From Chthoniobacteraceae bacterium (GTDB lineage Bacteria > Verrucomicrobiota > Verrucomicrobiia > Chthoniobacterales > Chthoniobacteraceae): 28,175 bases of DNA. The notes under the pieces are model-generated. The model was not told where the DNA came from. It was given only the letters and a program-made list of their open reading frames with translations, and did no database searches. A program made the translations under genes and the position numbers. Of the stretch, positions 1 to 6,551 are shown piece after piece. Location: positions 1 through 28,175 of the forward strand of contig JANNXQ010000126.1 of assembly GCA_031409655.1 (NCBI GenBank), read 5' to 3'. The first letter of the stretch is position 1, and every line of letters begins with the position of its first letter.

Positions 1-212
1 AGCCCAGTGGCCGCGATCTCATCGAGCACCGGCGTCTGGACGTGCGGATGCCCGTGGTAGCCGGTCTCCTCCCAGCCGTGATCGTCACCCATCATCAGGA
101 TGATATTCGGCGGAGCGCCTGCGGCCAATGAGGACGCGGCAAGCGCGAGGAGAAGCAGGAGCGTTTTCAGGGTGCTATTTGGCCTCGGCCGGGATGAGGT
201 GTTTCGTGGCAA
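1..212 (-). CDS. Sulfatase (arylsulfatase A-like), 5' part only; continues off the left edge
   Basis: Manual translation gives ...LKTLLLLLALAASSLAAGAPPNIILMMGDDHGWEETGYHGHPHVQTPVLDEIAATG: a signal peptide followed by the typical sulfatase N-terminal PNI(I/L)xxxxDD.G....G..G......TP.LD motif. The start is uncertain (in-frame TTG at 212 chosen). Absent from the ORF track. Confidence 0.85.
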   Translation of the reverse strand, partial: MPRNTSSRPRPNSTLKTLLLLLALAASSLAAGAPPNIILMMGDDHGWEETGYHGHPHVQTPVLDEIAATG

Positions 213-226
213 AAGTTGGAGGTTCG

Positions 227-290
227 TCGAGCCGCACACCCCGCGCCTTGATGACCAAGGCGCGGGCGAGGCCGGCTCCGAGCGGCTCGA
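227..290. repeat. Intergenic nested hairpin (possible terminator or RNA-processing/REP-like stem)
   Basis: Perfect 11-bp stem CCCGCGCCTTG (240-250)/CAAGGCGCGGG (256-266) inside an outer 9-bp stem TCGAGCCGC (227-235)/GCGGCTCGA (282-290), just downstream of the stop at 308. No clear U-tract. Confidence 0.5.
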
Positions 291-307
291 TGTCCTGGAG
301 GGTCGGA

Positions 308-2272
308 TCAGGCAACTTCGCGGATGGTCACATCGGCCGTGAGCAGGGAGAGCTGGATCACGTCCAGCGGAGCGTTGGTCAGCGGGGCAGTGAAGCCGAG
401 GGACTTGAAGCTGCCGATCCGCTCGGAGACGAAGCCGAAGTGATCGCCCGCGCCACCACTGCCGATGACGATGCCGCCGATCTGGATGGCGGCGATCCGC
501 GCGACGATGGCGCCACCGCCCGCGCCGAAGAGGGCATCATTGACGCCAAAGCCGTCGGCGCCCGTGTCCTCCGCACCCGCGCTCACGCTGCTCGCGATCC
601 AGTCGCCGCCGACCTTGATCGTGCCGATCTGCGCGTCGCCATTGAGCGGGTTGAGATCGACATCGAAGCCCGCGAGGATCTGCGCGCTCTCGACCCGACC
701 ACCGACGGTGACGCTGGCGATGGCCACGTCCGTCGAAGTCTGCACAGCCTTGCCCCGCGCGCTGATGACCACGGCGGTGCCGGCATTGCCGATCAGGCTG
801 CCTTTCACGGTGATCGAGCCAAGGTCATCCTCGGCGCGGATCGACCCGCTCTGGGTGAGCGCGCCGACGCTGGTGTCGGTGCCGGCGATGATGGAGCCGC
901 CCACCGTGACGCTGAGAATGCGCTGAGCCTGGATGTAGCCAGTGCCATTCGCGGTATCCGCGCCGGTGACGCTGCCGCCCACGAGGTCGCGGCCGATTTT
1001 CACCGCGCCGATGGTGCCATCATTCGCCACGATCTTCCCCGTGCTGCTCGCCGCGCCCCCGATGATGGAGCCGCCGATCGTGACGCTCGCGATATTTCCC
1101 GCGGGGGCTTCGATGATGCCTGAAATCCCGGAGGTGCCGGCCCGCAGGTCGCCGCCGATTTTCACCGCCCCGATGTCCCCGCCGCTCTTGATCTCGCCAG
1201 TTTCAAAGTCGCTCCCACCAATCACTGACCCACCGATGGTCACACTGGTGATCTTCCCGGCGGCGGCAATGATCGATCCGCTCGAGCCACCGGCGTCGCC
1301 TTTCAAATCCCCACCGACCACCACGGGTCCGAGGCCACCGTTAGCCGAGACGGCTCCGGCGAAGTTGCTCTTCCCGCCCAGGACGGAGCCGCCGATGCTG
1401 ATGCTGGCCAGGGTGGTGAGGCTCTCGACCAAGCCCGAGCGCGGCGCGCTCCCACCGCGGAGATCGCCGCCGATTTTCACCGCTCCCGTAGCCAGGGTGC
1501 TGAGGATCTGGCCGCTGTCGTCACCGGCATCACCGACGATCGAGCCGCCCACGCTGACGCTCGCGATCTTGCCGAGGCTCTGGATTTTCCCGGAGCTCAG
1601 CCCCTGTCCGCCGAGGATGTGGCCACCGACTTTCACCGCGCCGATATTTCCGCTGGCGAAAATCTGGCCGCTATTCGTCGTCGCGCCGCCGCGCAGATCG
1701 CCGCCAATGGTCACCGCCCCGATGTTACCGTCCACGCCGTCATTGACGAAGAATTGGGCGCCGACGACGTCGGCCTTCACCACGAGCGCACCGACCGCGC
1801 CATTGAAACTACTGATCAGGCCGCCGCCCAGCCCCTGAGTGGCGACGCCAAAGCGCCCCATGGAGCGCACCGTCAGCGTCTTCAAGGCCTGGACCGCGGG
1901 ATCACTGTCGCCCGCGTTGATCGCCCCGAGATCACCGGGGATGGTGACGTTTCCGAGATCATGGTTGATCGACTGAATCCCGCCGACGTTCACGAGGCCG
2001 TCGCCAGTGGCGCTCTTCTTCACGGTGAAGACCACGTTCGCTCCGTCGAAGATGCCGCCGCCGCCGCTGAAATCGACCAGTTGCAATTGCTCACCCAAGC
2101 CAGCAGCGACGGTGAAGAATTGGCCGGCGGTCAAGGTGCCCTTGGAGACTTTCATGGTCACGATGTCGCCATCGACGTCGGTATAGGTGGCGGTCTTGGG
2201 ATCGACCGCGCTGATGAGGACGGCCGGAGCGATCCGGGCTTCGAGAGGTTCGATGGATGGGGTGATGTTCAT
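308..2272 (-). CDS. LExRIAPA-leader Gly-rich beta-solenoid repeat protein, paralog A (654 aa)
   Basis: Start reassigned from 2491 to the ATG at 2272 (MNITPSIEPLEARIAPA) by analogy with the paralogs. YTDVDGD N-cap, about 11 ~26-aa repeats, C-cap with GGDW, DHFGFV and terminal LSLLTADVTIREVA. Confidence 0.9.
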   Translation of the reverse strand: MNITPSIEPLEARIAPAVLISAVDPKTATYTDVDGDIVTMKVSKGTLTAGQFFTVAAGLGEQLQLVDFSGGGGIFDGANVVFTVKKSATGDGLVNVGGIQSINHDLGNVTIPGDLGAINAGDSDPAVQALKTLTVRSMGRFGVATQGLGGGLISSFNGAVGALVVKADVVGAQFFVNDGVDGNIGAVTIGGDLRGGATTNSGQIFASGNIGAVKVGGHILGGQGLSSGKIQSLGKIASVSVGGSIVGDAGDDSGQILSTLATGAVKIGGDLRGGSAPRSGLVESLTTLASISIGGSVLGGKSNFAGAVSANGGLGPVVVGGDLKGDAGGSSGSIIAAAGKITSVTIGGSVIGGSDFETGEIKSGGDIGAVKIGGDLRAGTSGISGIIEAPAGNIASVTIGGSIIGGAASSTGKIVANDGTIGAVKIGRDLVGGSVTGADTANGTGYIQAQRILSVTVGGSIIAGTDTSVGALTQSGSIRAEDDLGSITVKGSLIGNAGTAVVISARGKAVQTSTDVAIASVTVGGRVESAQILAGFDVDLNPLNGDAQIGTIKVGGDWIASSVSAGAEDTGADGFGVNDALFGAGGGAIVARIAAIQIGGIVIGSGGAGDHFGFVSERIGSFKSLGFTAPLTNAPLDVIQLSLLTADVTIREVA

Positions 2273-2325
2273 GGCGGATTGTGTTGGGGTTTTCAAGGGG
2301 TGGATTTGAGTGGGTGGATTTACCG

Positions 2326-2400
2326 TTAAACTTTGCGGATAGTCACGTCGCCAGTGAGGAGCGAGACGTCGATTGCGGCCAGATGCAGGCTGTTTTTCAT
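2326..2400 (-). pseudogene. Collapsed paralog or mini-ORF (24 aa) MKNSLHLAAIDVSLLTGDVTIRKV
   Basis: ATG at 2400 and TAA at 2326. The last 13 residues match the family C-terminus (LSLLTADVTIREV, LSLFTGDVTIREV). The upstream element shared with paralog I lies at nearly the same spacing. Confidence 0.75.
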
Positions 2401-2438
2401 GAGAGTGCCGATGCTGGGAAAAATGCAGACCCCGCCCG

Positions 2439-2482
2439 CGCGCACCCCGAGCCCACGGAACGAACCCAGCCAGCAAACCCGC
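2439..2482 (-). promoter_or_regulatory. Conserved upstream element, copy 1
   Basis: Plus-strand blocks CGCGCACCCCGAGCCC (16 bp) and GCCAGCAAACCCGC (14 bp) are identical to those at 27695-27736. It begins 39 nt from the ATG at 2400. Confidence 0.6.
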
Positions 2483-2619
2483 GATACGCAACTGACGAAG
2501 GCTGCGAGTCTATCGCCCCCGCCCACCTATGGCGAGCGCGGAACGCAGCGCATCATCGAGCAGCGGCAGGGCCGCCACTCCTCGTGTTTTCACGCCGCGG
2601 CTGCCCGCCTCCCGGCGCC

Positions 2620-2849
2620 ATGAAATCGAAACGCTTCCCGAGCGGCCTCTACGCCCTGGAATCCCTTGAGTCTCGCATCGCTCCGGCGACCATCATCTTC
2701 ACCGCCCTGGGCGATTCCGGCACGGGCACCGATGGCAACGGCGGCGGCATCTTCAACACCGTGGTCACCCCGGTCCTCCTCAACGGCTCGAAAGCCCTCT
2801 TCAACACCCCCCGACCCTGCCGCAAATCCGAGGCCTCTTCACGCCGTAG
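2620..2849 (+). pseudogene. Internally deleted, frameshifted sister of the Pmp-like gene B
   Basis: MKSKRFPSGLYALESLESRIAPATIIFTALGDSGTGT resembles the gene B N-terminus MSTTRFPRGLYAPELLEARIAPAT. It joins directly to DGNGGGIFNTVVTPVLLNGSKALFNT, like the last turn of gene B (NDGGGVFFNVGTTTLPGTLVKGN). A frame change at the C6 run (2807-2812) gives TLPQIRGLFTP-TAG (2847-2849). Confidence 0.75.
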
Positions 2850-2854
2850 CGCGC

Positions 2855-2870
2855 AAGCCCGCGCGGGCTT
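2855..2870. terminator. 16-bp perfect palindrome between convergent stops
   Basis: AAGCCCGCGCGGGCTT lies between the remnant's TAG (2849) and gene B's TAA (2869-2871), which it overlaps. Terminator function is inferred only. Confidence 0.35.
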
Positions 2871-4686
2871 AGGCGCTACCGATGTTCGGGCTGGCGGCGG
2901 CGCTGTTGCCTTTGACGAGGGTGCCGGGGAGCGTGGTCGTGCCCACGTTGAAAAAGACTCCGCCGCCGTCGTTGGCGAAGTTGCCGGTGACGGTGCTCCT
3001 GGCGATGACCACGGGGCCGTCCGAGATGCGCAGCCCGCCGCCGCGCCCGCCGGGCCCGGCGATATTGCCCAGCACTTTCACGCTCGTCAGCGTGCCCGCG
3101 CCGGCGAGGGTCGCGCCGCCGCCGCTGCTCCCGGCCACATTTCCCTGGAGGAGGGTGCCGGTGAGGGTGAAGTCGCCGAGATTTGTGACGAGATAGACGC
3201 CGCCGCCTTGGCCGGTGCGGGCCACATTCCCGAGGAAGCGGTCGCCCTTGCTGGTGAAGTCGCCGTCGCCGTTGGCAAGGATGCCGCCGCCGCTGTTCTG
3301 CGCGACATTGGCCTGGAAGAGATTCCCGCTCAGGCGGGCGGTGACGGCGCCGGCCCCCACGCCCTGCAGGAGGAGCGCGCCGCCGGAGGCGAGGGCGCGG
3401 TTGTCGGTGAATTTATTGCCGCTGAGATCGAGGACGCTGCCGCCCCCGGCCGTGATGGCCCCCCCGCTGTCCCCGGCGGTATTGCCGCTCAGGGTCGAGC
3501 TTTTCAGGGTGAAGACGGTGCGGGCGATCAGGTCCAGGGCGCCGCCCGAGTTCCCGGCGCTATTCCCCAGGAAGCTGGAGCTGGCGATGCTCAGGGTGAG
3601 GGACAGGACGCCGCCATGGCCGAGGGCGCCGCCGAAGCCCGCAGAGGCATTGCCGGAGAAAAGGGTGCTGGCGATCTGCACGACGCTGGGGCCCTCAAAG
3701 TAGAGCGCGCCGCCGCTGCTGGCGGCGCGATTACTGAGGAAGCGCGAGCTGGCGATGGAGACGGTATCGGCGAGGTCGCTGGCCAGCGCGCCGCCGCGCC
3801 CGGCGGAATTCCCGGCAAAGGTGGTGCCCGAGATGGCGAGGTGCCCGTCGTCGAGATAGAGGCCGCCCCCATTGAAGCCGGCGATATTGCCGGTCAGGAC
3901 GCTCTTTTTCAAAAGCGCCCGCCCCGTATCCGCCGTCTGGAGGGCGAGTCCGCCGCCGCTCCCGCCAGTGGTGCTATTATTCGCGATGAGGCTGGAGTCG
4001 ATGAGGATCACGGACTTCGCCCCCGCCGTGCCGATGTAGGCGCCGCCGCCTTTGCTGACCGCGGTGTTATTGGCGATGGTCGTCTTCACGAGGGTGACGC
4101 CCGCGTCGCCCACGAGGTAGAGCCCGCCGCTGATGTTGGCCGAGGAATTGTGGACGATGGTGCTGCTGAGGATGGCGATCTTCCCGATCGTGCTCGCCCA
4201 GACCCCGCCGCCGGTGATGTCCGCGGTGCTGCTGCGGATGACCACGCTTTTCAAAGTGAGCGGCTCGCGGCTGCTGATGGCCCCGCCATTGCCGGTCGTC
4301 TTCCCGTCCGTGAGGGTGAGGCCGGAGATGGTGGCGGGCTGGAGCGCGGCGGTGCCGTCGTCGATGTCGAAGATGCGCGAGAGGTTGTTGCCGGAGATGG
4401 TGAGGAGGTCGATGCCGGGGCCCTTGATGGTGAGGATGTCCAGGATGTCGAGATGCGCGCCGGCAAGGGTGATGGTGCCGGGGAGCCCGTCAGGGAAGAG
4501 CGCGGCGGCAAAGGTGATGGTGTCCGCGCCCGGCCGCGCGTTCGCTTCGACGATGGCTTCGCGCAGGGTCCGGGCCGCGCCCCCGCCATCGTCCAGCAAG
4601 CTGGTCACGGTGAAGGTGGCGGGAGCGATGCGGGCTTCGAGGAGTTCAGGGGCGTAGAGCCCGCGGGGGAAGCGAGTGGTGGACAT
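2869..4686 (-). CDS. LExRIAPA-leader beta-helix protein with CSLREA-like motif and Pmp-type GGA(I/L)/FxxN repeats, gene B (605 aa)
   Basis: Start reassigned to the ATG at 4686. TFTVTSLLDD...TLREAIVEAN is CSLREA-like. Many FxGNxA...GGA(L/I) repeats (FAGNSAGRGGAL, FLSNRAASSGGAL, FSGNASAGFGGAL) resemble chlamydial polymorphic membrane protein passenger repeats. No autotransporter barrel follows. Confidence 0.88.
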   Translation of the reverse strand: MSTTRFPRGLYAPELLEARIAPATFTVTSLLDDGGGAARTLREAIVEANARPGADTITFAAALFPDGLPGTITLAGAHLDILDILTIKGPGIDLLTISGNNLSRIFDIDDGTAALQPATISGLTLTDGKTTGNGGAISSREPLTLKSVVIRSSTADITGGGVWASTIGKIAILSSTIVHNSSANISGGLYLVGDAGVTLVKTTIANNTAVSKGGGAYIGTAGAKSVILIDSSLIANNSTTGGSGGGLALQTADTGRALLKKSVLTGNIAGFNGGGLYLDDGHLAISGTTFAGNSAGRGGALASDLADTVSIASSRFLSNRAASSGGALYFEGPSVVQIASTLFSGNASAGFGGALGHGGVLSLTLSIASSSFLGNSAGNSGGALDLIARTVFTLKSSTLSGNTAGDSGGAITAGGGSVLDLSGNKFTDNRALASGGALLLQGVGAGAVTARLSGNLFQANVAQNSGGGILANGDGDFTSKGDRFLGNVARTGQGGGVYLVTNLGDFTLTGTLLQGNVAGSSGGGATLAGAGTLTSVKVLGNIAGPGGRGGGLRISDGPVVIARSTVTGNFANDGGGVFFNVGTTTLPGTLVKGNSAAASPNIGSA

Positions 4687-4694
4687 AGGCCGGG

Positions 4695-4723
4695 ATGCTG
4701 CCACCGCCTGCCCGCGGGCGCAA
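4695..4723 (-). promoter_or_regulatory. Possible sigma70-type promoter giving a near-leaderless mRNA for gene B
   Basis: The minus strand reads TTGCGC-N17-CAGCAT with TGG before the -10, then 8 nt to the ATG at 4686. Imperfect match to consensus. Confidence 0.3.
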
Positions 4724-4741
4724 GGAAGGCCCGAGCGCACC

Positions 4742-6520
4742 TCAGCTCACCTCCAGGATGCGCACGTCGTTGGTGAAGGGGATGGCGATGTTTTGATTCC
4801 CGGTGGCGGCAAGGAGCGAGGCGACGAAGCCGAAGCTCTTGAAGCTGCCGATCTGCTGCGCGACGAAGCCGTAGTGATCCCCCGCGCCGAGCGAACCGGT
4901 GACGTCGCCTTTGATCGCGATGCTGGCGATGCGCGCGATGAGACTCGTGTCGCCAAGGGTCTGGAGCGTGTCGCCAAGGCCGAAGCCTGCACCGCCGCTG
5001 TCCTGCGCCCCAGCGACGAGACTGCTCGCGGCCCAGTCGCCGCCCACCGCCACGGCGCCGATCGAGGCGTCAGCGTTTTCCCCATCCAACTTGAACTCGA
5101 ACCCGGCGAGGATTTGCGCAAAGCGCACGTCGCCTTTCACCGTGATGCTGGCGATGGCGGTGTCGAAGCCAACCGTGGGTTTCACAGCCTGGCCCTTGGC
5201 GAGGATTAAGACGGGGTTGTCGCTATTGCCGACGATGCTCCCGCCGATTTTCACCGGGCCGAGATCCGCGCTGGCGATGATCGCTCCCGAGTTCGCCACG
5301 AAGCTCGAACTGGCGTTGCTGCCGGCGATGATCGAGCCGCCGAGGGTGACGCTCGCGATGTGCCGGGCGAAGATGGCGCCGGAGATGAAGACAAAGGCGC
5401 TCCCGGCGGCGCTCCCGCCGATCAAATCGCCGCCGATGCTCACATGCCCCAGGTCGGCGGCGGCGGAGACGATCCCGCTCCCCCCGCCCGCACTTCCAAT
5501 GACGCTGCCGCCGATCTTCACATTGCCCATCCCGAGCGTACCGAGGATGCGTCCGCTCTCGTCTCCAGAGCCGCCGGTGAGATTTCCGCCGACGAAGACA
5601 TGGCCACGATTGCCGAGCGCATCGTTCACGCCGCTCGTCTCCCCCGCGCCGCCAGTGATGCTCCCGGCGACCTTCACATTTCCCATGGTGCCGCTGCTGA
5701 AGACCCAGCCGCTATCCGCGCCCGCGCCGCCGACGATGTCGCCACCCACCATTACTACGCCCATCGCCGTAGCGCTTTCGATTCGCCCGCTGCCCTGCCC
5801 GGCACCACCGATCACGTCGCCTCCGAGGTTCACGACGCTCATCGTGGTCCCGGCAAAGACGAGCCCGCTATCATCCCCAGAGCCGCCGCGCACGTCGCCG
5901 ACGATCCGCACGGGACCGATAGCTCCGCCGCCGAGGATGCGCCCGCTATTCGCCGCCGTGCCGCCCGTGAGATCGCCGCCGATGAAGAGGGAGCCGATGC
6001 CACCGCTCGTGGCGAGCGAGGCGTCGGTGAAATCGCCCGCCACCTTCAATGCCCCGAGTTTGCCCACGATGGTGCTGGCGAGATCCGTCGCGCCGGTGAG
6101 GAGGCCGAGCGTGCCCATGCTGCGCACCGAGAGCAGATTCAGCCCGGAATCCGCGCCCGTGACGAGATCGCCGACATCGATCCTGCCGAGGTCGCCCTTC
6201 ACCACCACCTGATCGAGATCGACGCCCGCGGCATCGATGAAGCCGACGTGCGCGAGCCCATCGCCGCCGGGTTTCTTCGTCACGGTGAAGACGATCTTTG
6301 CCCCGTCGAAAGCCGGCGCAGTGAGATCGAGCTTCGCGAGCTGCCCCGCCGGGCCGCCGCCGATGAAGGTGAGATCGGTGGCGACCAGGGGTGCGACGGC
6401 GGCCCCGGCTTTGGTGGCGGTGATTTTCACGCTGTCGCCGTCGAGGTCGGTGTAGGTGATGAAGACGGCGGCGGGAGCGATGCGGGCTTCGAGGGGTTCG
6501 AGGGAGGTGGTGGTTTTCAT
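4742..6520 (-). CDS. LExRIAPA-leader Gly-rich beta-solenoid repeat protein, paralog C (592 aa)
   Basis: MKTTTSLEPLEARIAPA, YTDLDGD, about 9 repeats, C-cap GGDW/DHYGFVA, ends FTNDVRILEVS. Confidence 0.92.
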   Translation of the reverse strand: MKTTTSLEPLEARIAPAAVFITYTDLDGDSVKITATKAGAAVAPLVATDLTFIGGGPAGQLAKLDLTAPAFDGAKIVFTVTKKPGGDGLAHVGFIDAAGVDLDQVVVKGDLGRIDVGDLVTGADSGLNLLSVRSMGTLGLLTGATDLASTIVGKLGALKVAGDFTDASLATSGGIGSLFIGGDLTGGTAANSGRILGGGAIGPVRIVGDVRGGSGDDSGLVFAGTTMSVVNLGGDVIGGAGQGSGRIESATAMGVVMVGGDIVGGAGADSGWVFSSGTMGNVKVAGSITGGAGETSGVNDALGNRGHVFVGGNLTGGSGDESGRILGTLGMGNVKIGGSVIGSAGGGSGIVSAAADLGHVSIGGDLIGGSAAGSAFVFISGAIFARHIASVTLGGSIIAGSNASSSFVANSGAIIASADLGPVKIGGSIVGNSDNPVLILAKGQAVKPTVGFDTAIASITVKGDVRFAQILAGFEFKLDGENADASIGAVAVGGDWAASSLVAGAQDSGGAGFGLGDTLQTLGDTSLIARIASIAIKGDVTGSLGAGDHYGFVAQQIGSFKSFGFVASLLAATGNQNIAIPFTNDVRILEVS

Positions 6521-6551
6521 GGGAATGCGGGTCGTTTTATTGGGGGAATGG

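Noticed and set aside
2807..2812. C6 tract as a phase-variation switch
   Set aside because: Too short for efficient slippage, and it lies in an already collapsed gene.
2281..4776. 831-aa plus-strand ORF containing a LESRIAPA motif
   Set aside because: Only 2620-2812 is meaningful (the remnant). The rest is read-through antisense to gene B caused by the frameshift.
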